From contig OZ059900.1 in the NCBI GenBank assembly GCA_964057225.1, positions 21,328,001 through 21,392,000 of the forward strand: a stretch of 64,000 bases of DNA. Direction: 5' to 3'. Below are positions 25,300 through 38,200 of this stretch, piece by piece. This stretch comes from Auanema rhodensis. Lineage: Eukaryota > Animalia > Nematoda. The first letter of the stretch is position 1, and each line of letters starts with the position of its first letter. The position numbers and the translations under genes are program-made. A model generated the notes under the pieces. It had not been told where the DNA came from. It saw only the letters and a list, made by a program, of their open reading frames with translations, and did no database searches.

Positions 25300-28200
25300 A
25301 CATGCTGAACACTAGAAAAATACAAAAACACAGTATTTCCCATGAGAAATATTTTATTATGCTGGAAAACCAGTTTTTGGAAATTTCGCTGTAAACAAGG
25401 TTTTGACTTACGATTTCATGTGTTCAAACTCATGCAATGTCAATGAAACCTAGCTCAAAATTGTTCCTACAACGTCTAGTTCCACTTTCACGACAAAAAA
25501 ACAGGGGTTAGAAAATTTAGGAAATTAGCATATTCTGAGGGCACGCCCCTTATGGCTAATATTGATTAAATCGATTTTTGTTCATATGAGTCGTCAAATG
25601 CAACGAATTTCAGCGTGTTACATACTAAAATGAAGTATTTTACATGCTGAACACTAGAAAAATACAAAAACACAGTATTTCCCATGAGAAATATTTTATT
25701 ATGCTGGAAAACCAGTTTTTGGAATTTTCGCTGTAAACAAGGTTTTGACTTACGATTTCATGTGTTCAAACTCATGCAATGTCAATGAAACCTAGCTCAA
25801 AATTGTTTGTACAACGTCTAGTTCCACTTTCACGACAAAAAAACAGGGGTTAGAAAATTAAGGAAATTAGCATATTCTGAGAGCACGCCCCTTATGGCTA
25901 ATATTGATTAAATCGATTTTTGTTCATATGAGTAGTCAAATGCAACGAATTTCAGCGTGTTACATACTAAAATGAAGCATTTTACATGCTGAACACTAGA
26001 AAAATACAAAAACACAGTATTTCCCATGAGAAATATTTTATTATGCTGGAAAACCAGTTTTTGGAATTTTCGCTGTAAACAAGGTTTTGACTTACGATTT
26101 CATGTGTTCAAACTCATGCAATGTCAATGAAACCTAGCTCAAAATTGTTCGTACAACGTCTAGTTCCACTTTCACGACAAAAAAACAGGGGTTAGAAAAT
26201 TAAGGAAATTAGCATATTCTGAGGGCACGCCCCTTATGGCTAATATTGATTAAATCGATTTTTGTTCATATGAGTCGTCAAATGCAACGAATTTCAGCGT
26301 GTTACATACTAAAATGAAGCATTTTACATGCTGAACACTAGAAAAATACAAAAACACAGTATTTCCCATGAGAAATATTTTATTATGCTGGAAAACCAGT
26401 TTTTGGAAATTTCGCTGTAAACAAGGTTTTGACTTACGATTTCATGTGTTCAAACTCATGCAATGTCAATGAAACCTAGCTCAAAATTGTTCCTACAACG
26501 TCTAGTTCCACTTTCACGACAAAAAAACAGGGGTTAGAAAATTAAGGAAATTAGCATATTCTGAGGGCACGCCCCTTATGGCTAATATTGATTAAATCGA
26601 TTTTTGTTTATATGAGTCGTCAAATGCAACGAATTTCAGCGTGTTACATACTTAAATGGAGCATTTTACATGCTGAACACTAGAAAAATACAAAAACACA
26701 GTATTTCTCATGAGAAATATTTTATTATGCTGGAAAACCAGTTTTTGGAAATTTCGCTGTAAACAAGGTTTTGACTTACGATTTCATGTGTTCAAACTCA
26801 TGCAATGTCAATGAAACCTAGCTCAAAATTGTTTGTACAACGTCTAGTTCCACTTTCACGACAAAAAAACAGGGGTTAGAAAATTAAGGAAATTAGCATA
26901 TTCTGAGGGCACGCCCCTTATGGCTAATATTGATTAAATCGATTTTTGTTCATATGAGTCGTCAAATGCAACGAATTTCAGCGTGTTACATACTAAAATG
27001 AAGCATTTTACATGCTGAACACTAGAAAAATACAAAAACACAGTATTTCCCATGAGAAATATTTTATTATGCTGGAAAACCAGTTTTTGGAAATTTCGCT
27101 GTAAACAAGGTTTTGACTTACGATTTCATGTGTTCAAACTCATGCAATGTCAATGAAACCTAGCTCAAAATTGTTCCTACAACGTCTAGTTCCACTTTCA
27201 CGACAAAAAAACAGGGGTTAGAAAATTAATGAAATTAGCATATTCTGAGGGCACGCCCCTTATGGCTAATATTGATTGAATCGATTTTTGTTCATATGAG
27301 TCGTCAAATGCAACGAATTTCATCGTGTTACATTCTAAAATGAAGCATTTTACATGCTGAACACTAGAAAAATACAAAAACACAGTATTTCTCATGAGAA
27401 ATATTTTATTATGCTGGAAAACCAGTTTTTGGAAATTTCGCTGTAAACAAGGTTTTGACTTACGATTTCATGTGTTCAAACTCATGCAATGTCAATGAAA
27501 CCTAGCTCAAAATTGTTTGTACAACGTCTAGTTCCACTTTCACGACAAAAAAACAGGGGTTAGAAAATTAAGGAAATTAGCATATTCTGAGGGCACGCCC
27601 CTTATGGCTAATATTGATTAAATCGATTTTTGTTCATATGAGTAGTCAAATGCAACGAATTTCAGCGTGTTACATACTAAAATGAAGCATTTTACATGCT
27701 GAACACTAGAAAAATACAAAAACACAGTATTTCCCATGAGAAATATTTTATTATGCTGGAAAACCAGTTTTTGGAATTTTCGCTGTAAACAAGGTTTTGA
27801 CTTACGATTTCATGTGTTCAAACTCATGCAATGTCAATGAAACCTAGCTCAAAATTGTTCGTACAACGTCTAGTTCCACTTTCACGACAAAAAAACAGGG
27901 GTTAGAAAATTAAGGAAATTAGCATATTCTGAGGGCACGCCCCTTATGGCTAATATTGATTAAATCGATTTTTGTTCATATGAGTCGTCAAATGCAACGA
28001 ATTTCAGCGTGTTACATACTAAAATGAAGCATTTCACATGCTGAACACTAGAAAAATACAAAAACACAGTATTTCCCATGAGAAATATTTTATTATGCTG
28101 GAAAACCAGTTTTTGGAAATTTCGCTGTAAACAAGGTTTTGACTTACGATTTCATGTGTTCAAACTCATGCAATGTCAATGAAACCTAGCTCAAAATTGT

Positions 28201-31200
28201 TCGTACAACGTCTAGTTCCACTTTCACGACAAAAAAACAGGGGTTAGAAAATTTAGGAAATTAGCATATTCTGAGGGCACGCCCCTTATGGCTAATATTG
28301 ATTAAATCGATTTTTGTTCATATGAGTCGTCAAATGCAACGAATTTCAGCGTGTTACATACTAAAATGAAGTATTTTACATGCTGAACACTAGAAAAATA
28401 CAAAAACACAGTATTTCCCATGAGAAATATTTTATTATGCTGGAAAACCAGTTTTTGGAATTTTCGCTGTAAACAAGGTTTTGACTTACGATTTCATGTG
28501 TTCAAACTCATGCAATGTCAATGAAACCTAGCTCAAAATTGTTCGTACAACGTCTAGTTCCACTTTCACGACAAAAAAACAGGGGTTAGAAAATTAAGGA
28601 AATTAGCATATTCTGAGGGCACGCCCCTTATGGCTAATATTGATTAAATCGATTTTTGTTCATATGAGTAGTCAAATGCAACGAATTTCAGCGTGTTACA
28701 TACTAAAATGAAGCATTTTACATGCTGAACACTAGAAAAATACAAAAACACAGTATTTCCCATGAGAAATATTTTATTATGCTGGAAAACCAGTTTTTGG
28801 AATTTTCGCTGTAAACAAGGTTTTGACTTACGATTTCATGTGTTCAAACTCATGCAATGTCAATGAAACCTAGCTCAAAATTGTTCGTACAACGTCTAGT
28901 TCCACTTTCACGACAAAAAAACAGGGGTTAGAAAATTTAGGAAATTAGCATATTCTGAGGGCACGCCCCTTATGGCTAATATTGATTAAATCGATTTTTG
29001 TTCATATGAGTCGTCAAATGCAACGAATTTCAGCGTGTTACATACTAAAATGAAGTATTTTACATGCTGAACACTAGAAAAATACAAAAACACAGTATTT
29101 CCCATGAGAAATATTTTATTATGCTGGAAAACCAGTTTTTGGAATTTTCGCTGTAAACAAGGTTTTGACTTACGATTTCATGTGTTCAAACTCATGCAAT
29201 GTCAATGAAACCTAGCTCAAAATTGTTTGTACAACGTCTAGTTCCACTTTCACGACAAAAAAACAGGGGTTAGAAAATTAAGGAAATTAGCATATTCTGA
29301 GGGCACGCCCCTTATGGCTAATATTGATTAAATCGATTTTTGTTCATATGAGTAGTCAAATGCAACGAATTTCAGCGTGTTACATACTAAAATGAAGCAT
29401 TTTACATGCTGAACACTAGAAAAATACAAAAACACAGTATTTCCCATGAGAAATATTTTATTATGCTGGAAAACCAGTTTTTGGAATTTTCGCTGTAAAC
29501 AAGGTTTTGACTTACGATTTCATGTGTTCAAACTCATGCAATGTCAATGAAACCTAGCTCAAATATGTTCGTACAACGTCTAGTTCCACTTTCACGACAA
29601 AAAAACAGGGGTTAGAAAATTAAGGAAATTAGCATATTCTGAGGGCACGCCCCTTATGGCTAATATTGATTAAATCGATTTTTGTTCATATGAGTCGTCA
29701 AATGCAACGAATTTCAGCGTGTTACATACTAAAACGAAGTATTTTACATGCTGAACACTAGAAAAATACAAAAACACAGTATTTCCCATGAGAAATATTT
29801 TATTATGCTGGAAAACCAGTTTTTGGAATTTTCGCTGTAAACAAGGTTTTGACTTACGATTTCATGTGTTCAAACTCATGCAATGTCAATGAAACCTAGC
29901 TCAAAATTGTTCGTACAACGTCTAGTTCCACTTTCACGACAAAAAAACAGGGGTTAGAAAATTAAGGAAATTAGCATATTCTGAGGGCACGCCTCTTATG
30001 GCTAATATTGATTAAATCGATTTTTGTTCATATGAGTCGTCAAATGCAACGAATTTCAGCGTGTTACATACTAAAATGAAGCATTTTACATGCTGAACAC
30101 TAGAAAAATACAAAAACACAGTATTTCCCATGAGAAATATTTTATTATGCTGGAAAACCAGTTTTTGGAAATTTCGCTGTAAACAAGGTTTTGACTTACG
30201 ATTTCATGTGTTCAAACTCATGCAATGTCAATGAAACCTAGCTCAAAACTGTTCCTACAACGTCTAGTTCCACTTTCACGACAAAAAAACAGGGGTTAGA
30301 AAATTAAGGAAATTAGCATATTCTGAGGGCACGCCCCTTATGGCTAATATTGATTAAATCGATTTTTGTTCATATGAGTCGTCAAATGCAACGAATTTCA
30401 GCGTGTTACATACTAAAATGAAGCATTTTACATGCTGAACACTAGAAAAATACAAAAACACAGTATTTCCCATGAGAAATATTTTATTATGCTGGAAAAC
30501 CAGTTTTTGGAAATTTCGCTGTAAACAAGGTTTTGACTTACGATTTCATGTGTTCAAACTCATGCAATGTCAATGAAACCTAGCTCAAAATTGTTCCTAC
30601 AACGTCTAGTTCCACTTTCACGACAAAAAAACAGGGGTTAGAAAATTTAGGAAATTAGCATATTCTGAGGGCACGCCCCTTATGGCTAATATTGATTAAA
30701 TCGATTTTTGTTCATATGAGTCGTCAAATGCAACGAATTTCAGCGTGTTACATACTAAAATGAAGTATTTTACATGCTGAACACTAGAAAAATACAAAAA
30801 CACAGTATTTCCCATGAGAAATATTTTATTATGCTGGAAAACCAGTTTTTGGAATTTTCGCTGTAAACAAGGTTTTGACTTACGATTTCATGTGTTCAAA
30901 CTCATGCAATGTCAATGAAACCTAGCTCAAAATTGTTTGTACAACGTCTAGTTCCACTTTCACGACAAAAAAACAGGGGTTAGAAAATTAAGGAAATTAG
31001 CATATTCTGAGAGCACGCCCCTTATGGCTAATATTGATTAAATCGATTTTTGTTCATATGAGTAGTCAAATGCAACGAATTTCAGCGTGTTACATACTAA
31101 AATGAAGCATTTTACATGCTGAACACTAGAAAAATACAAAAACACAGTATTTCCCATGAGAAATATTTTATTATGCTGGAAAACCAGTTTTTGGAATTTT

Positions 31201-33000
31201 CGCTGTAAACAAGGTTTTGACTTACGATTTCATGTGTTCAAACTCATGCAATGTCAATGAAACCTAGCTCAAAATTGTTCGTACAACGTCTAGTTCCACT
31301 TTCACGACAAAAAAACAGGGGTTAGAAAATTAAGGAAATTAGCATATTCTGAGGGCACGCCCCTTATGGCTAATATTGATTAAATCGATTTTTGTTCATA
31401 TGAGTCGTCAAATGCAACGAATTTCAGCGTGTTACATACTAAAATGAAGCATTTTACATGCTGAACACTAGAAAAATACAAAAACACAGTATTTCCCATG
31501 AGAAATATTTTATTATGCTGGAAAACCAGTTTTTGGAAATTTCGCTGTAAACAAGGTTTTGACTTACGATTTCATGTGTTCAAACTCATGCAATGTCAAT
31601 GAAACCTAGCTCAAAATTGTTCCTACAACGTCTAGTTCCACTTTCACGACAAAAAAACAGGGGTTAGAAAATTAAGGAAATTAGCATATTCTGAGGGCAC
31701 GCCCCTTATGGCTAATATTGATTAAATCGATTTTTGTTTATATGAGTCGTCAAATGCAACGAATTTCAGCGTGTTACATACTAAAATGGAGCATTTTACA
31801 TGCTGAACACTAGAAAAATACAAAAACACAGTATTTCTCATGAGAAATATTTTATTATGCTGGAAAACCAGTTTTTGGAAATTTCGCTGTAAACAAGGTT
31901 TTGACTTACGATTTCATGTGTTCAAACTCATGCAATGTCAATGAAACCTAGCTCAAAATTGTTTGTACAACGTCTAGTTCCACTTTCACGACAAAAAAAC
32001 AGGGGTTAGAAAATTAAGGAAATTAGCATATTCTGAGGGCACGCCCCTTATGGCTAATATTGATTAAATCGATTTTTGTTCATATGAGTCGTCAAATGCA
32101 ACGAATTTCAGCGTGTTACATACTAAAATGAAGCATTTTACATGCTGAACACTAGAAAAATACAAAAACACAGTATTTCCCATGAGAAATATTTTATTAT
32201 GCTGGAAAACCAGTTTTTGGAAATTTCGCTGTAAACAAGGTTTTGACTTACGATTTCATGTGTTCAAACTCATGCAATGTCAATGAAACCTAGCTCAAAA
32301 TTGTTCCTACAACGTCTAGTTCCACTTTCACGACAAAAAAACAGGGGTTAGAAAATTAATGAAATTAGCATATTCTGAGGGCACGCCCCTTATGGCTAAT
32401 ATTGATTGAATCGATTTTTGTTCATATGAGTCGTCAAATGCAACGAATTTCATCGTGTTACATTCTAAAATGAAGCATTTTACATGCTGAACACTAGAAA
32501 AATACAAAAACACAGTATTTCTCATGAGAAATATTTTATTATGCTGGAAAACCAGTTTTTGGAAATTTCGCTGTAAACAAGGTTTTGACTTACGATTTCA
32601 TGTGTTCAAACTCATGCAATGTCAATGAAACCTAGCTCAAAATTGTTTGTACAACGTCTAGTTCCACTTTCACGACAAAAAAACAGGGGTTAGAAAATTA
32701 AGGAAATTAGCATATTCTGAGGGCACGCCCCTTATGGCTAATATTGATTAAATCGATTTTTGTTCATATGAGTAGTCAAATGCAACGAATTTCAGCGTGT
32801 TACATACTAAAATGAAGCATTTTACATGCTGAACACTAGAAAAATACAAAAACACAGTATTTCCCATGAGAAATATTTTATTATGCTGGAAAACCAGTTT
32901 TTGGAATTTTCGCTGTAAACAAGGTTTTGACTTACGATTTCATGTGTTCAAACTCATGCAATGTCAATGAAACCTAGCTCAAAATTGTTCGTACAACGTC
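25300..33000. repeat. 15-monomer-offset (5,130 bp) block duplication (~25.3-27.9 kb recurs at ~30.4-33.0 kb)
   Basis: GAGCACGCCC at 25881/31011, TTTTTGTTTA at 26601/31731 and the ORF-bearing variant monomer at 27198/32328 are all 5,130 apart (15 x 342). Confidence 0.85.
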
Positions 33001-35239
33001 TAGTTCCACTTTCACGACAAAAAAACAGGGGTTAGAAAATTTAGGAAATTAGCATATTCTGAGGGCACGCCCCTTATGGCTAATATTGATTAAATCGATT
33101 TTTGTTCATATGAGTCGTCAAATGCAACGAATTTCAGCGTGTTACATACTAAAATGAAGTATTTTACATGCTGAACACTAGAAAAATACAAAAACACAGT
33201 ATTTCCCATGAGAAATATTTTATTATGCTGGAAAACCAGTTTTTGGAATTTTCGCTGTAAACAAGGTTTTGACTTACGATTTCATGTGTTCAAACTCATG
33301 CAATGTCAATGAAACCTAGCTCAAAATTGTTCGTACAACGTCTAGTTCCACTTTCACGACAAAAAAACAGGGGTTAGAAAATTAAGGAAATTAGCATATT
33401 CTGAGGGCACGCCCCTTATGGCTAATATTGATTAAATCGATTTTTGTTCATATGAGTAGTCAAATGCAACGAATTTCAGCGTGTTACATACTAAAATGAA
33501 GCATTTTACATGCTGAACACTAGAAAAATACAAAAACACAGTATTTCCCATGAGAAATATTTTATTATGCTGGAAAACCAGTTTTTGGAAATTTCGCTGT
33601 AAACAAGGTTTTGACTTACGATTTCATGTGTTCAAACTCATGCAATGTCAATGAAACCTAGCTCAAAATTGTTCCTACAACGTCTAGTTCCACTTTCACG
33701 ACAAAAAAACAGGGGTTAGAAAATTAATGAAATTAGCATATTCTGAGGGCACGCCCCTTATGGCTAATATTGATTGAATCGATTTTTGTTCATATGAGTC
33801 GTCAAATGCAACGAATTTCATCGTGTTACATTCTAAAATGAAGCATTTTACATGCTGAACACTAGAAAAATACAAAAACACAGTATTTCTCATGAGAAAT
33901 ATTTTATTATGCTGGAAAACCAGTTTTTGGAAATTTCGCTGTAAACAAGGTTTTGACTTACGATTTCATGTGTTCAAACTCATGCAATGTCAATGAAACC
34001 TAGCTCAAAATTGTTTGTACAACGTCTAGTTCCACTTTCACGACAAAAAAACAGGGGTTAGAAAATTAAGGAAATTAGCATATTCTGAGGGCACGCCCCT
34101 TATGGCTAATATTGATTAAATCGATTTTTGTTCATATGAGTAGTCAAATGCAACGAATTTCAGCGTGTTACATACTAAAATGAAGCATTTTACATGCTGA
34201 ACACTAGAAAAATACAAAAACACAGTATTTCCCATGAGAAATATTTTATTATGCTGGAAAACCAGTTTTTGGAATTTTCGCTGTAAACAAGGTTTTGACT
34301 TACGATTTCATGTGTTCAAACTCATGCAATGTCAATGAAACCTAGCTCAAAATTGTTCGTACAACGTCTAGTTCCACTTTCACGACAAAAAAACAGGGGT
34401 TAGAAAATTAAGGAAATTAGCATATTCTGAGGGCACGCCCCTTATGGCTAATATTGATTAAATCGATTTTTGTTCATATGAGTCGTCAAATGCAACGAAT
34501 TTCAGCGTGTTACATACTAAAATGAAGCATTTCACATGCTGAACACTAGAAAAATACAAAAACACAGTATTTCCCATGAGAAATATTTTATTATGCTGGA
34601 AAACCAGTTTTTGGAAATTTCGCTGTAAACAAGGTTTTGACTTACGATTTCATGTGTTCAAACTCATGCAATGTCAATGAAACCTAGCTCAAAATTGTTC
34701 GTACAACGTCTAGTTCCACTTTCACGACAAAAAAACAGGGTTAGAAAATTTAGGAAATTAGCATATTCTGAGGGCACGCCCCTTATGGCTAATATTGATT
34801 AAATCGATTTTTGTTCATATGAGTCGTCAAATGCAACGAATTTCAGCGTGTTACATACTAAAATGAAGTATTTTACATGCTGAACACTAGAAAAATACAA
34901 AAACACAGTATTTCCCATGAGAAATATTTTATTATGCTGGAAAACCAGTTTTTGGAATTTTCGCTGTAAACAAGGTTTTGACTTACGATTTCATGTGTTC
35001 AAACTCATGCAATGTCAATGAAACCTAGCTCAAAATTGTTCGTACAACGTCTAGTTCCACTTTCACGACAAAAAAACAGGGGTTAGAAAATTAAGGAAAT
35101 TAGCATATTCTGAGGGCACGCCCCTTATGGCTAATATTGATTAAATCGATTTTTGTTCATATGAGTAGTCAAATGCAACGAATTTCAGCGTGTTACATAC
35201 TAAAATGAAGCATTTTACATGCTGAACACTAGAAAAATA

Positions 35240-38200
35240 CAAAAACACAGTATTTCCCATGAGAAATATTTTATTATGCTGGAAAACCAGTTTTTGGAAT
35301 TTTCGCTGTAAACAAGGTTTTGACTTACGATTTCATGTGTTCAAACTCATGCAATGTCAATGAAACCTAGCTCAAAATTGTTCGTACAACGTCTAGTTCC
35401 ACTTTCACGACAAAAAAACAGGGGTTAGAAAATTTAGGAAATTAGCATATTCTGAGGGCACGCCCCTTATGGCTAATATTGATTAAATCGATTTTTGTTC
35501 ATATGAGTCGTCAAATGCAACGAATTTCAGCGTGTTACATACTAAAATGAAGTATTTTACATGCTGAACACTAGAAAAATACAAAAACACAGTATTTCCC
35601 ATGAGAAATATTTTATTATGCTGGAAAACCAGTTTTTGGAATTTTCGCTGTAAACAAGGTTTTGACTTACGATTTCATGTGTTCAAACTCATGCAATGTC
35701 AATGAAACCTAGCTCAAAATTGTTTGTACAACGTCTAGTTCCACTTTCACGACAAAAAAACAGGGGTTAGAAAATTAAGGAAATTAGCATATTCTGAGGG
35801 CACGCCCCTTATGGCTAATATTGATTAAATCGATTTTTGTTCATATGAGTAGTCAAATGCAACGAATTTCAGCGTGTTACATACTAAAATGAAGCATTTT
35901 ACATGCTGAACACTAGAAAAATACAAAAACACAGTATTTCCCATGAGAAATATTTTATTATGCTGGAAAACCAGTTTTTGGAATTTTCGCTGTAAACAAG
36001 GTTTTGACTTACGATTTCATGTGTTCAAACTCATGCAATGTCAATGAAACCTAGCTCAAAATTGTTCGTACAACGTCTAGTTCCACTTTCACGACAAAAA
36101 AACAGGGGTTAGAAAATTAAGGAAATTAGCATATTCTGAGGGCACGCCCCTTATGGCTAATATTGATTAAATCGATTTTTGTTCATATGAGTCGTCAAAT
36201 GCAACGAATTTCAGCGTGTTACATACTAAAATGAAGCATTTCACATGCTGAACACTAGAAGAATACAAAAACACAGTATTTCCCATGAGAAATATTTTAT
36301 TATGCTGGAAAACCAGTTTTTGGAAATTTCGCTGTAAACAAGGTTTTGACTTACGATTTCATGTGTTCAAACTCATGCAATGTCAATGAAACCTAGCTCA
36401 AAATTGTTCGTACAACGTCTAGTTCCACTTTCACGACAAAAAAACAGGGGTTAGAAAATTTAGGAAATTAGCATATTCTGAGGGCACGCCCCTTATGGCT
36501 AATATTGATTAAATCGATTTTTGTTCATATGAGTCGTCAAATGCAACGAATTTCAGCGTGTTACATACTAAAACGAAGTATTTTACATGCTGAACACTAG
36601 AAAAATACAAAAACACAGTATTTCCCATGAGAAATATTTTATTATGCTGGAAAACCAGTTTTTGGAATTTTCGCTGTAAACAAGGTTTTGACTTACGATT
36701 TCATGTGTTCAAACTCATGCAATGTCAATGAAACCTAGCTCAAAATTGTTCGTACAACGTCTAGTTCCACTTTCACGACAAAAAAACAGGGGTTAGAAAA
36801 TTAAGGAAATTAGCATATTCTGAGGGCACGCCTCTTATGGCTAATATTGATTAAATCGATTTTTGTTCATATGAGTCGTCAAATGCAACGAATTTCAGCG
36901 TGTTACATACTAAAATGAAGCATTTTACATGCTGAACACTAGAAAAATACAAAAACACAGTATTTCCCATGAGAAATATTTTATTATGCTGGAAAACCAG
37001 TTTTTGGAAATTTCGCTGTAAACAAGGTTTTGACTTACGATTTCATGTGTTCAAACTCATGCAATGTCAATGAAACCTAGCTCAAAACTGTTCCTACAAC
37101 GTCTAGTTCCACTTTCACGACAAAAAAACAGGGGTTAGAAAATTAAGGAAATTAGCATATTCTGAGGGCACGCCCCTTATGGCTAATATTGATTAAATCG
37201 ATTTTTGTTCATATGAGTCGTCAAATGCAACGAATTTCAGCGTGTTACATACTAAAATGAAGCATTTTACATGCTGAACACTATAAAAATACAAAAACAC
37301 AGTATTTCCCATGAGAAATATTTTATAATGCTGGAAAACCAGTTTTTGGAAATTTCGCTGTAAACAAGGTTTTGACTTACGATTTCATGTGTTCAAACTC
37401 ATGCAATGTCAATGAAACCTAGCTCAAAATTGTTCCTACAACGTCTAATTCCACTTTCACGACAAAAAAACAGGGGTTAGAAAATTAAGGAAATTAGCAT
37501 ATTCTGAGGGCACGCCCCTTATGGCTAATATTGATTAAATCGATTTTTGTTCATATGAGTCGTCAAATGCAACGAATTTCAGCGTGTTACATACTAAAAT
37601 GAAGCATTTTACATGCTGAACACTATAAAAATACAAAAACACAGTATTTCCCATGAGAAATATTTTATTATGCTGGAAAACCAGTTTTTGGAAATTTCGC
37701 TGTAAACAAGGTTTTGACTTACGATTTCATGTGTTCAAACTCATGCAATGTCAATGAAACCTAGCTCAAAATTGTTCCTACAACGTCTAGTTCCACTTTC
37801 ACGACAAAAAACAGGGGTTAGAAAATTAAGGAAATTAGCATATTCTGAGGGCACGCCCCTTATGGCTAATATTGATTAAATCGATTTTTGTTCATATGAG
37901 TCGTCAAATGCAACGAATTTCAGCGTGTTACATACTAAAATGAAGCATTTTACATGCTGAACACTAGAAAAATACAAAAACACAGTATTTCTCATGAGAA
38001 ATATTTTATTATGCTGGAAAACCAGTTTTTGGAAATTTCGCTGTAAACAAGGTTTTGATTTACGATTTCATGTGTTCAAACTCATGCAATGTCAATGAAA
38101 CCTAGCTCAAAATTGTTTGTACAACGTCTAGTTCCACTTTCACGACAAAAAAACAGGGGTTAGAAAATTAAGGAAATTAGCATATTCTGAGGGCACGCCC

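Noticed and set aside
27198-33893. Three identical 65-aa minus-strand ORFs
   Set aside because: The GATTAAAT>GATTGAAT variant removes the usual TAA stop. This is chance read-through of repeat sequence.
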